DNA of 40,466 nt from a virus (lineage: Duplodnaviria > Caudoviricetes), in IMG/VR virus record IMGVR_UViG_3300025018_000266, positions 1 to 40,466 of that record, one strand, 5' to 3'. The notes under the pieces were generated by a model. It ran no database searches and was not told where the DNA came from. It worked only from the letters and a program-made list of their open reading frames with translations. How positions within the stretch are numbered: the stretch's first letter is position 1; each line of letters opens with the position of its first letter. Made by a program: the position numbers and the translations under genes. This document shows positions 17,608 through 27,900 of the stretch, in pieces.

Positions 17608-18226
17608 AAGCAAATGGGATGCAGCACAATCTTGGGAGGAATCATGGCACTTAGATCAACAGTTCAATACCTTCAACGAAGAAAAAAAACAATATATCTA
17701 CGCTTCCAAAATGGGACTGGATACCTATAAGACTGACTACTACGGGCAGATAGGCTGGGACTTTGGAGACAGGTCGGTACTGGATATCGGCGGTGGCGAA
17801 GTATCCATGTTATTAAAATCAAAAGCAAGCAAAAGAATCATAATAGATCCGCTTATGGATAAGCTTCCCAAATGGGCTAGAATGAGATACAAAGAAGCAG
17901 GAATAAGCGCATTTTCCTACAGGGGAGAAGATGTAGCCAAGATCAACTGCTCGGTAGACTGCGTTCTTATCTATAATGTTTTACAGCACACCGATAATCC
18001 GGAAGTAATAATCAAAGAAGTGCGAAAGATATGCAAAGAAATAAGGATCTTCGAGTGGATTGATACCCCTGTGAATATAGGACACATCCAAACTCTCACG
18101 GAAAGCAACTTAAACGGGTGGCTTGGTGGAGAGGGTAGAGCAGAGAACCTGAATCAAGAGGGGGCTGTAGGTCGTTGCTACTATGGTATTTTTATAGGAG
18201 ACAAATATGCTTCATCTAGCAACTAA
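17588..18226 (+). CDS. Class I SAM-dependent methyltransferase
   Basis: VLDIGGG, IIDP, NVLQH motifs; GTG start at 17588 with AAAGGAG SD. Confidence 0.8.
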   Translation: MSTQETKSKWDAAQSWEESWHLDQQFNTFNEEKKQYIYASKMGLDTYKTDYYGQIGWDFGDRSVLDIGGGEVSMLLKSKASKRIIIDPLMDKLPKWARMRYKEAGISAFSYRGEDVAKINCSVDCVLIYNVLQHTDNPEVIIKEVRKICKEIRIFEWIDTPVNIGHIQTLTESNLNGWLGGEGRAENLNQEGAVGRCYYGIFIGDKYASSSN

Positions 18227-18644
18227 TAAAGATTTCTCATACTTAAACTACTTATCAGTAATGTCAGCTATAAGAGGTAACAAGGTCAAGCTGTGGATTG
18301 TTGATGAAGAACCCTCCAATGTATATTGGAGTATTGTCAGAAAAGTTAAGTCTATTGAGTTTGTGGAAACCACAAAGGAGCGGGGCATAGAACTCGAACA
18401 GGTAGATAAGTCCGGTAGGTTGAACACAATATATTTAGGAGAACTAAACGATAACTATGTTAATGATTACGGAGTAGACCACAAAGGTTTATACGAGGTT
18501 AACGGTGAGTTTGAAACGAAAGATATGTGTTTAGTAAAGATATCTAAACCGGAAGTTGTTACTTTAGATTATATAAGGGACAGTGGTACTTTATTATCGG
18601 AACTTGTTAAAAGAGTTCTACTGGAAAGGATTTGGAACAGATGA
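18207..18644 (+). CDS. Short protein resembling the N-terminus of DXD/GT32-type glycosyltransferases
   Basis: FSYLNYLSVMSA...KLW...YW pattern; no clear DXD motif, possibly degenerate. Confidence 0.4.
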   Translation: MLHLATNKDFSYLNYLSVMSAIRGNKVKLWIVDEEPSNVYWSIVRKVKSIEFVETTKERGIELEQVDKSGRLNTIYLGELNDNYVNDYGVDHKGLYEVNGEFETKDMCLVKISKPEVVTLDYIRDSGTLLSELVKRVLLERIWNR

Positions 18645-18817
18645 ATGAAAAAGAAAAGACAATCAGTTTAGTATATAGTTTAGAAGATTACATCAAAGGA
18701 ATAATTGTTGCTTTTGAAGCCGGTCTAATAAGCACGGAAAAAGCACAAATGGAGATAAACAATGGTATCAAAAGTTGGACTTGGGGGGTATCCACCTACG
18801 GAAAAAAAGAAATATAG
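18641..18817 (+). CDS. Small hypothetical protein
   Basis: ATGA-coupled to the upstream gene; overlaps the GT start. Confidence 0.35.
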   Translation: MNEKEKTISLVYSLEDYIKGIIVAFEAGLISTEKAQMEINNGIKSWTWGVSTYGKKEI

Positions 18818-20006
18818 ATTCTTTGTTTTAGGGCTAGTACACCTACCTACATCAGAAAAATACACAGCGTGTGCCTTCACACAAAAGAACTACAAGTTGT
18901 GCAAGATGCTACTTAGCTTGGGACACGAGGTTTTTTTGCTAGGGGCAGGGGGATCAGACGCACCTTGTACGGAGTTAATCGTGACTCATACGCTAAAAGA
19001 TATACGGGATGCGTGGGGTGAGGGAGATAACAGGTTTGAAATAGGCTACGATTGGCATAAGGGGATGTTTAGACACGACTTCAACACGGAAAAGAAACCA
19101 GCGACATTAAAGTATTATCAGGAAGCTATAAATGGGATCAACAAACGTAAAAAGCCTGATGATTTTCTAATAATTACTCAAGGTGTATATCAAAAACCCA
19201 TAGATGACGGTGTGAAACTGTACCTAACAGTTGAAACCGGCATAGGGTATAGGGGATCTTATACACAGTTCAGGGGTTGGGAAAGTGCTTTTATTCAAAA
19301 CTACAAGTATGGATCGGAAAACAATGCCGGAGATGCTAACGGAAGATACTACGATTGCGTCATTGGAAACTATTTTGATAGAAAAGACTTTGTTTTCTCG
19401 AACAAACCGAAGGACTACTTTTTATACATAGGTAGAATGATTGGTAGAAAAGGCGTAACAACGGCAATAGAAGCAACAAGAGCAGCCGGTAAGAGACTAA
19501 AACTCATAGGTCAGGAATCAGACGAGATAAACGTTAAGAGTTTGCCTGAACATTGTGAGTTTTTAGGACTTGCCAATAAAGATATGAGAAACGAACTGTT
19601 TGGTGGTGCTATAGCCACCTTTACTCCGACAATATATTTAGAGCCGTTTGCCGGTACGCACGTTGAAAGTATGTTATGCGGAACTCCGGTAATAACTACG
19701 AACTTTGGGGTATTCGGTGGAGATACTTTTATTGACGGTATACACGGGTTTAAGTGTTCCACCTTAGATGATTTCGTTTGGGCTACTAAAAATGCCCATA
19801 GACTGGATAGAAAAGAGGTCAGAAGAAACGGGGAACGATACCTGATGGAGAATATACAGTGGGAATACCAACGATGGTTTGACCGCTTATACCAACTGTA
19901 TTTAAGCACCACAGGTAAGGGCATCTGGGGGTTTAATCACTTACCGGAAAAAGAATACGAGTGGCGTAAACACGTCTATCCTCACCTATACCAAAATGAC
20001 GTATAA
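18762..20006 (+). CDS. GT-B glycosyltransferase, GT4-like
   Basis: YIGRM..RKG and EPFAGTHVESMLCGTPVI (EX7E) motifs. Confidence 0.9.
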   Translation: MVSKVGLGGYPPTEKKKYRFFVLGLVHLPTSEKYTACAFTQKNYKLCKMLLSLGHEVFLLGAGGSDAPCTELIVTHTLKDIRDAWGEGDNRFEIGYDWHKGMFRHDFNTEKKPATLKYYQEAINGINKRKKPDDFLIITQGVYQKPIDDGVKLYLTVETGIGYRGSYTQFRGWESAFIQNYKYGSENNAGDANGRYYDCVIGNYFDRKDFVFSNKPKDYFLYIGRMIGRKGVTTAIEATRAAGKRLKLIGQESDEINVKSLPEHCEFLGLANKDMRNELFGGAIATFTPTIYLEPFAGTHVESMLCGTPVITTNFGVFGGDTFIDGIHGFKCSTLDDFVWATKNAHRLDRKEVRRNGERYLMENIQWEYQRWFDRLYQLYLSTTGKGIWGFNHLPEKEYEWRKHVYPHLYQNDV

Positions 20007-20015
20007 TATACATAT

Positions 20016-21461
20016 ATGAGTAACAAGCCGATAATTATAAGTAACTGGGCGAATGGCGGAACTTCGGACAGTTTATGGTCAGGTATACAGGACTCGTTGT
20101 ATCGTCTAGTGGGAATGGATGTGCATACGGAACCAGCAGTAATGAAAGCAGAATATAAACTTTCAAAGGATACTAGCACCACAGTCACAGAGTTTGTTAA
20201 GTGGCAGGTTGTATCTTCTAATGGTCGTACATACCACTTTTCAGCAGACTCCGGAAAGATATGGGAAAGAGACAGTGCCGGTGCTTGGACACTTGTTTTT
20301 ACTACAACGGCAGCAGCCGGTGAGGTTAAGTGTCTTGGAGCAATAGAGTTTCAGGGATACATTGTTTGGGCTACACAATCAAGACTGCACAGAATACTTG
20401 CAACAAACGCAGAAGGTTCAGCAGAGTGGACAGCAAACGCAGTACTCAACTGGCAGACCTTTGGAACTACAAACGCTTCTTATCATCCAATGATCGAGCA
20501 AAACATGAACCTGTATATCGGAGATGGTTACAATCTAGCCGAATGGGATGGTAGTACTTTTACCGCCAGTGCTTTGGATCTACCCACTTCCTTAGTCATT
20601 AAATGCTTAGGAACTCTACCGGTGGGAACAGACATACTCATAGGAACAGAAGGAAACGATGTTACAAAGACTGCTATTTTTAGATGGAATACTTGGTCGG
20701 TTTCCTTTACTTCTTCGGATATGATTGAAGAAGCAGGGATAAATGCTTTCCTCAAGGCTGATAACTTTGTGTATGTATCAGCAGGACAGTATGGAAATAT
20801 ATATATCTATGATGGACAACAACTTGAACTTTATAAAAAAGTACAGGGAACTTACTCTCCAGCAGCAAAAGCTACTGTACATCCAGATGCGTGTGCAAAC
20901 CTTGATGGACAGGTATTATTTGGAATGTCTAACTCAACAGGAAACCCCTGTCTACAGGGTGTATATCGAATCGGCAGACACTCAAGAAACTACAACTGGA
21001 TAATGGATTTAGCCTATCCTATATCGGAAAGATCTGGTTCGGCGTTTGTTACAAGTGGCATTGAAATAGGTTCAATCATTGTTTTGGGACAGAAAATACT
21101 CGTTTCTTGGAAAAATAGTAGCACTTACGGTGTTGATCTGCTAGACACTAGCAACCGTTGTGACGGTGCATACTTTGAGACTAGAGTGATACGGGCTGAT
21201 AGGTTAGCTCATTCAACTTTCAGCCAGTTTATAATGGCTTACAACAGCTTACCTACCAGTACGGCTTTAACTCTAACTTACGATAAAAACTACGCAGGTT
21301 CCTATACAACACCAACATCTTCACAGGTAACTGATACGGATAGGAAACTTATTACTTTAGAGGAAGGAATGGAAGCCACAGCACTTCAACTAAAGGTGTT
21401 ATTTACCTGTTCCACGAGCAGTACACCTTCTCTTGAAATGTTAGTAGCCTATTACACTTAA
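20016..21461 (+). CDS. Tail nozzle/head-closure beta-propeller protein (P22 gp10-like, probable)
   Basis: 481 aa, beta-rich repeats, position in the tail module. Confidence 0.55.
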   Translation: MSNKPIIISNWANGGTSDSLWSGIQDSLYRLVGMDVHTEPAVMKAEYKLSKDTSTTVTEFVKWQVVSSNGRTYHFSADSGKIWERDSAGAWTLVFTTTAAAGEVKCLGAIEFQGYIVWATQSRLHRILATNAEGSAEWTANAVLNWQTFGTTNASYHPMIEQNMNLYIGDGYNLAEWDGSTFTASALDLPTSLVIKCLGTLPVGTDILIGTEGNDVTKTAIFRWNTWSVSFTSSDMIEEAGINAFLKADNFVYVSAGQYGNIYIYDGQQLELYKKVQGTYSPAAKATVHPDACANLDGQVLFGMSNSTGNPCLQGVYRIGRHSRNYNWIMDLAYPISERSGSAFVTSGIEIGSIIVLGQKILVSWKNSSTYGVDLLDTSNRCDGAYFETRVIRADRLAHSTFSQFIMAYNSLPTSTALTLTYDKNYAGSYTTPTSSQVTDTDRKLITLEEGMEATALQLKVLFTCSTSSTPSLEMLVAYYT

Positions 21462-22186
21462 TGGCGGATGTATTTGTAGACGTAGAGAATAGACCCTTAG
21501 ACGCAGGTACGCCGGCAGGTACAGGTTCTGTTGAGTCTGGTCAGATGGCTATCGGTAAGGGGTCTAAAGTATTCAGAGCAGATCAGTCAGGCATTTGGTT
21601 GGGAGCAGAGCAGTTTACAGACGCACCTTTTAGTGTGGATATGCTTGGTAATGTAGTAGCTTCTTCAGCAGACTTTTCGGGATCGGGATATACAAAAATA
21701 AATATTTTCAAGCAGACAGGAATACCGACATCTATAGCTGTGGGAGATCTTTGGTTTGATACCGATGATGGGAACAAACTCTACAGAGCAGGTGCTATTG
21801 GAGCAACTACAATTGCCGAAGGACAATGGGAAGCAGTACAAGATGCGACAATTGCTGATGCCCAAAGCACAGCAGATAGTAAAATAAATGTTTTCGCACA
21901 GGATGCAATACCAACGTCAATAGCGGTAGGGGATATTTGGTACGACACAAACGACAGCAACAAACCTTATAGAGCAGCGAGTGTTGGAGCAGACGCAATA
22001 ACAGCAGAAGAGTGGGTTTTGGTAAATGACCTTAGAGCAGCAGACGCATTATTGAAAGCTGGGACAGCGCAGGTACTAAGTGGAGACTTTGGTGTAGGCA
22101 GTTCTTCTGTAAAAATAGATGGTGCTAACGGAAGAATAGTAATAAATGACGGTAGTGATGACCGTATTGTGATAGGAAATGTGTAA
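21461..22186 (+). CDS. Tail protein with duplicated domain
   Basis: Two copies of KIN.F.Q..IPTSIAVGD.W.DT.D.NK.YRA; APFSVDM.G motif. Confidence 0.65.
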   Translation: MADVFVDVENRPLDAGTPAGTGSVESGQMAIGKGSKVFRADQSGIWLGAEQFTDAPFSVDMLGNVVASSADFSGSGYTKINIFKQTGIPTSIAVGDLWFDTDDGNKLYRAGAIGATTIAEGQWEAVQDATIADAQSTADSKINVFAQDAIPTSIAVGDIWYDTNDSNKPYRAASVGADAITAEEWVLVNDLRAADALLKAGTAQVLSGDFGVGSSSVKIDGANGRIVINDGSDDRIVIGNV

Positions 22187-22530
22187 TGGCATTAACAATG
22201 AGGGTATCAAGACCCACGTTTGATGCCCTAACAGACGCTAATATATACAACTATTCATTATACGCTGATGGTGATAATGTCTTGATAAAGGAACACTCCA
22301 GAGGTGGAGGTACGACTTCCGGTACTGCCACTATAACTCACAGTCTGGGTTATATTCCATTTTATCTGTTATATACGGAGGTCTCCGCAGGCAGGTTCAA
22401 GTTGAACGGTTATTATGATGTAAGCGGTGGGGTGTGGAGAGTCAATATAAATACATCCACAATGGAGATTGATACCTCTATGACAGACGGTAAATACAGA
22501 TATTATATATTTTATGATCTAATGGACTAA
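22186..22530 (+). CDS. Small tail protein, paralog 1 of 3
   Basis: VSRPTFDALT...HSLGYIP shared motif. Confidence 0.6.
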   Translation: MALTMRVSRPTFDALTDANIYNYSLYADGDNVLIKEHSRGGGTTSGTATITHSLGYIPFYLLYTEVSAGRFKLNGYYDVSGGVWRVNINTSTMEIDTSMTDGKYRYYIFYDLMD

Positions 22531-22532
22531 AC

Positions 22533-22937
22533 ATGGTACAAAAGATAGTTATTACAAAAGCCGGATACGAGGTGCTAACAGAGTCAGACAAGAATAACTA
22601 TATATTTCATTCCGACTACAATACATTAAAAATAATAAGTGAGGGTGTTATTACAGCTCAAACTGTTACTGCTAATCCCACAACCTTTACATTGGAGCAC
22701 GGCATGAGTTATATACCTGCGGTAATGGCTTTTATAAAATACCCTGATGGTTATGTAGCCCTTCCAAGAGGCATACCAAGAGATACTACAGATACTTATT
22801 TAGGGGTAGCCAACAGTAGGTATTGGGAGGTAGAGATGGATGCAACGTATATCTACTTTATTTGTTATAAGGGAACTACTGCCAACTATAACGTAGACAT
22901 TAAGTTTTACATATTTGAGGCTCCGAGTAATTATTAA
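22533..22937 (+). CDS. Small tail protein, paralog 2 of 3
   Basis: ITKAGYEVLT...FHSDYNTLK...HGMSYIP. Confidence 0.6.
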   Translation: MVQKIVITKAGYEVLTESDKNNYIFHSDYNTLKIISEGVITAQTVTANPTTFTLEHGMSYIPAVMAFIKYPDGYVALPRGIPRDTTDTYLGVANSRYWEVEMDATYIYFICYKGTTANYNVDIKFYIFEAPSNY

Positions 22938-22939
22938 GC

Positions 22940-23329
22940 ATGACGCAAAAAATAGTTATATCAAAACCTACGTTTGACGCAAAAACGGAGACTGACCCGA
23001 ACAACCTTATATTTAGTTCTGACTATGACAGCTTAAAATACTATGTATCGGGCTATGTAAATATAGATATGTCCGGTGCCGGAAGTATAGAAACGTATGT
23101 TACACATGATTTAGGATACGTACCTTTTTTTATAGCGTTCTTTAATTGGATGCCCCATGAAACAGACTATACTCACGTTCCATTTTATACTGCTTCTTTT
23201 GGAAGTTACAAGACATTGGATGTCTACGCTACGACCACCAGACTATACTTTACAGTAAAAAAGAGTGGGGGCAGTGCGATTACCCAGAAGATAGTGTATA
23301 AGATATTTAGAAACAATATGGGTTTGTAA
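22940..23329 (+). CDS. Small tail protein, paralog 3 of 3
   Basis: ISKPTFDAKT...FSSDYDSLK...HDLGYVP. Confidence 0.6.
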   Translation: MTQKIVISKPTFDAKTETDPNNLIFSSDYDSLKYYVSGYVNIDMSGAGSIETYVTHDLGYVPFFIAFFNWMPHETDYTHVPFYTASFGSYKTLDVYATTTRLYFTVKKSGGSAITQKIVYKIFRNNMGL

Positions 23330-23348
23330 TTATTTATGAAAGGAAAAT

Positions 23349-23621
23349 ATGATTATTTTTTATAATAAGATGACGGGTGAAATAATAGGAAACATTGATG
23401 GGAGAATACATGATGAGTCCCACCTAAAGATGTGGATTGGTAGCAAAGATGATACGGATAGGGTGATATGTCAGTGGAAGAAAATAGACGATGTTTGGCA
23501 GCCGGATATGGAAGAAGGTAATGAAAAGCGTATGTTCATATCCATTGATAAGAGAGAAACCAAGCTACGAGATCATGAAATAGATGTTAAGACTAAGAAG
23601 TTGAAGAAAAAGAAGGTATAA
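23349..23621 (+). CDS. Hypothetical protein (possible fibre assembly chaperone)
   Basis: MIIFYNK.TGEI N-terminus; TGAAAGGA SD. Confidence 0.55.
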   Translation: MIIFYNKMTGEIIGNIDGRIHDESHLKMWIGSKDDTDRVICQWKKIDDVWQPDMEEGNEKRMFISIDKRETKLRDHEIDVKTKKLKKKKV

Positions 23622-23630
23622 TATACATAT

Positions 23631-24986
23631 ATGGGCGCAAATATAAAATCAATGACCTACGAACAAGTTAGGTCTTATCAAAAAGAACTCAAAGCACAAG
23701 GTAAAACCGCCTCAAACTCTAAAGAGTACGGTAAGACAGAGAACTACATCAAGACGCTAAAACCCGAAAACTACGGTAAAGAGACCGTAGCAAGTGCTTA
23801 TAACCAACTATCAAGCGGAGTTAAATACACCGGTGGGTGGACTGAAAAGAACTTAGGAGCAATTGAGAAATACACGGGAAAGAAACCTTCGTTAGTAGCC
23901 CCTACATCAACAGAACAACTACCTAAATATCTTAGTGATTACCAAGACAGCGTATTCAACGCTTCCAGCTCACCAGAGTTGAGAGATTCTATAGTGAATC
24001 AACTAGAGCCGGATATGGCAAAACCTGAACCTATTAACAGAGTAGAACAGTTTGAGACCATGCGTAAAGATATGGGTGTTGCAGACCTAGAAACATCCCT
24101 TACAGACCTTAAAGCACAGTTGGAGACGGAATATGCCACTAAAAGAACTAGAACACGGGGGATAGAGGGTAAACCAGTAGCAATGGGAGTTATCGCAGGT
24201 AGAGTTTCGGAGGTCGAAAGACAGGAAACTGAAAGGATTGACGCTATAGGCAGACAGATAAACGTCATTTCAGACCAACTAAATACTTCCTACAATGTTA
24301 TCTCACAGTACATGAACTTTATGGGGCTAGACTATCAGGATTCAGTTACAGCCTACAACGCAGAGTTTAACAAGAACCTTCAAATATATCAGTTGGTAGA
24401 TGCGGAAATGGATGAAGCAACAGCAGCAGCTAGAGCAAACCTACAGATATACCAAAATGCAGTCACAGCAGGAAATATTTCATACGACAAGCTCTCGTCA
24501 ACTCAAAGAACATTTATAAACAAACTTGAAATGCAGTCGGGACTTCCTATTGGTTTTACCGCTTCATTAAGGGCGGATAACGCCGGAGGAAAGGTACTAT
24601 CTACAACCACTAGAGAGTCGGGAAACACTAAATACGCTGATATTGTAATGCAAATGCCGGATGGCAGTATGCAGGTCAAGACACAAACCCTAGGCAACTC
24701 AAGTAGTGGAACTGGAGATGGATATACTACAAAGACTTCAGATAAGTATCTAAAAGATGCTCAAGCTATATTAGAAAGACAGGACATTGCTGTAACAGGT
24801 AACTTTCCTTCGGCTTCCAAGTTCGGTGAAACACAGGGTAAGGATTCGGCAGATACACACCTTAGCTATAAGGAAATGGATGCGGCTAGAAATCAGATAA
24901 TAGCTTTGGTTGGAGACGAAACGGAAGGCAGGGCTTTATTCAATAGAGCCATGAACGCCGGTGGCTATAGTATATGGGGACAATAA
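23631..24986 (+). CDS. Probable internal virion/ejection protein
   Basis: Helical coiled-coil composition; precedes the giant protein. Confidence 0.5.
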   Translation: MGANIKSMTYEQVRSYQKELKAQGKTASNSKEYGKTENYIKTLKPENYGKETVASAYNQLSSGVKYTGGWTEKNLGAIEKYTGKKPSLVAPTSTEQLPKYLSDYQDSVFNASSSPELRDSIVNQLEPDMAKPEPINRVEQFETMRKDMGVADLETSLTDLKAQLETEYATKRTRTRGIEGKPVAMGVIAGRVSEVERQETERIDAIGRQINVISDQLNTSYNVISQYMNFMGLDYQDSVTAYNAEFNKNLQIYQLVDAEMDEATAAARANLQIYQNAVTAGNISYDKLSSTQRTFINKLEMQSGLPIGFTASLRADNAGGKVLSTTTRESGNTKYADIVMQMPDGSMQVKTQTLGNSSSGTGDGYTTKTSDKYLKDAQAILERQDIAVTGNFPSASKFGETQGKDSADTHLSYKEMDAARNQIIALVGDETEGRALFNRAMNAGGYSIWGQ

Positions 24987-24989
24987 TAT

Positions 24990-27900
24990 ATGATAGATTT
25001 CAACGCCTACTTAGACGAGGAAGAAAAGAAGAAGAAAGACCAAGAGTCCGGTAAGATAACGGATTTTAATGCCTATTTAGATAATCCACCCGAACAACTC
25101 AAACCGTCGCAGATAGCGGCACAAGAGCAGAAACCCGTACAACCAGTCAAAAAGCCCAGTATATGGGAAAATATCAAGACTAAAGTTTCAAATACAGTAA
25201 AAGATATAAGGGGCATCACTCCCGAAATATTAGGTCAGGGGTTACAAACAGCACCAGAACGATTCAAAAAGGTTGTTGATATAGCCAAGGAGTTTGTTGC
25301 AGGTGATTCAGAAACAAAGGAAACACTAGACAGACAAGAGGAGATAAAGATGTTGCAGGTAGAATCTGAAACAGACCAATACATAAAGGATACTAGGCAG
25401 GAGATAATAAACTACTTTAAGGATACGACCAAAGATACCAGTAAATATAGGGAGGTACTTGCAAAAGTAGATGCTTCAAACTTTGACGATTACAAAGGAT
25501 CTTTAGAGAGACTATCAGCACTTCCATTGGAACAGAAAAGAGACGTTGGGCAGAAAAACACAACAGAGATGTTTAACAGACTGAAAATGCTTGAGGATAC
25601 TAAGGAAGAAGCGGATCAGGCTTTAGGTTATGTTAGTGCCAACAGGGGATTAGTAAAAGAACTTGTACATAATATAAAAGATTGGAAGTATACATTTCCA
25701 TCTTCATATACAAACTACACCACATGGTTACCCACTAAGCAAAGAGAAGCGCAAGAAAAGAGGAATCGTGGGGAAACTCTAACAAACGAGGATAAAGCAT
25801 TTCTAAACTCATCCAGGACAAACACCTTTAATGTATTGGTCGATAAGGGATACGGAACTTTAGCGGCTGATGTTGTTACCGGCTCATTAAACTTTGGGGC
25901 AGGGATGTATCTTTCCAATCTTATAATGGGTGGAAACATAGTAACAACTCCAGTAGCACAAGCAGTGTTTAATAAGATACCGGCAGGTAAAGCCAAAACT
26001 ATTATAGAAAAGGTGGTCGGAAATAGTGTTCAGTTAGCAGTACAAAGCCAGTTTGATGTTCCACAAATAGACGCTACAACAGCAATGTATATGCTCCCAA
26101 CAGTTGACTATGAAAAGTATCTAAAAGACGAAGGGGGTAGTGGAGATATACTGGATTACACTAAGTCCGGTGATGATGCCGGCAAGGCACAGACAAAGGC
26201 TAGAATAAATAACTTAATACAGTATATGTCGGAAGGGGTTGGGGACTATATTGATGACGCAACCCCGTTTATAAAAAAGGCTTTTATAGCAAAGTTCCTA
26301 AAAAATAGAGGTATTAAACCAAGTAACACGAAAGTTGTTAGAGGTGTATTAAGAGATTTACACATCAATGGTATTGTTGGAGAAGTATTTGAGGAAGAAG
26401 TAGCAGAAAAACCAATGTCTATGTTGGAAGAAAGAGACTACTACGATCCGTTTTTTACTCCAGAGGGTAGAGAAAGATTACTTGTTGAAACACTGGGTAT
26501 TGCTGTCATGCAGGGCATGGCTTCTGTAACGGATGTAAGTATAAATAAGTTTAGAGATTTTAGAAATAGAAATAAACAAAAATCCATTAGCTTGCAGGTC
26601 GAAGAAGAAACCACGCCGCCACCACCACCTCCAGCCAACGTAGCAGTAGTCGAAGGTACAGATACGCCGCAAGGTACAGAGGGATTAGAGAGGGAAGAAG
26701 AAGTAGTAGAGCAAGTTATACCAAGCGCAGGTGCCGAAAATATAGTGGTCGAGGGATTAACAAAAGCCGGTGATACAAATATAAAGATTACTAGGGACTC
26801 CGGTGACAACGGAATGATATTAAAGTCGGATCTTATGAAAGCAGTTAATCTTACCGAGACAGCCGACAAGATTCAGATACAGGGCTTTGAACGCAATGAT
26901 TTCGAAAAAGGGGTTCAAACAGATTTCAAGGGTACTCCTACAAAGATACTAAAAAATATAGAGCAGTATGCTAAGGACAATAATAAAAAGGTAGAAGTTA
27001 TAGGAATAGGTGGTGATTCGGCAGAATATTGGACAAAGCAAGGTTACGGTGTTGTTGGGACTAGAGCAGTAAAAGAAGTTACAAAAGAAACAATAGTCGA
27101 GAAAGCTACAACGGCGGTTGGAGTATCAGAAAAGCCACAACTAGAAGAACAAAAAGCGGTATCAATAAAAGAAGATACTGCGAGAGAATATTGGTCTAGC
27201 GAGAAACCAATGACCATAGACGGTGTTAAGTATCGTGTTGGAAAAATGAGTTATGGGGACTACTTTTTAGAACCCTACGGCAAGGGTGGTGGTGAAACAG
27301 AGCCGTTTGCCACAGGAACTATATTTCTAAGAGAATCACCAACAGAGAAAGGAACCCTCATAGATGAGGATTCCGCCATACAAAAGGAAATGGCTGTAGA
27401 AAAGTCTAAACCAGCACCTAAAAAGATAACAAAGACAGCACAGAAGAAAACAGAAGTTCCAAGTGGTATAATAAGTACGGATGAACCAACTAAACCTACA
27501 ACCAATAAAGATATTGGGAGAAAACCTAGATCCCGACAACCAGCCGATACTGTACCAGAAAGCCCTACAGAACAAGAGGGAGCTGGAGAGACAGTTGAAG
27601 TCAATGGCGAAATCGTGGCACGAGGGGAACGTGAGGGCAGCGATACTGGCGTTGGAATCAGACCTACAACACAGCTAGAGGAATCTTTAGAAGAACTACC
27701 GGAAGAAATCCAAACACAAGCAGATGAAGATTGGTTAGAAAACTTTGCCGAAGATGAAGCAAAAAGAGTTGAAGATGTTGCAGAGATAAACAAGAAACTC
27801 AAAGAGGGGAAACTAACAAAGGAACAGAAAGAGTTTCTCACTAGATCAAAGGATAAAATAAATAAAGAATCCGCTGATTTAGAAGAAGCGTTTGTAAGTA

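Noticed and set aside
21690-21990. Duplicated segment as a DGR template/variable repeat pair
   Set aside because: Both copies are in frame in one gene, differences are not adenine-specific, and there is no reverse transcriptase in the window.
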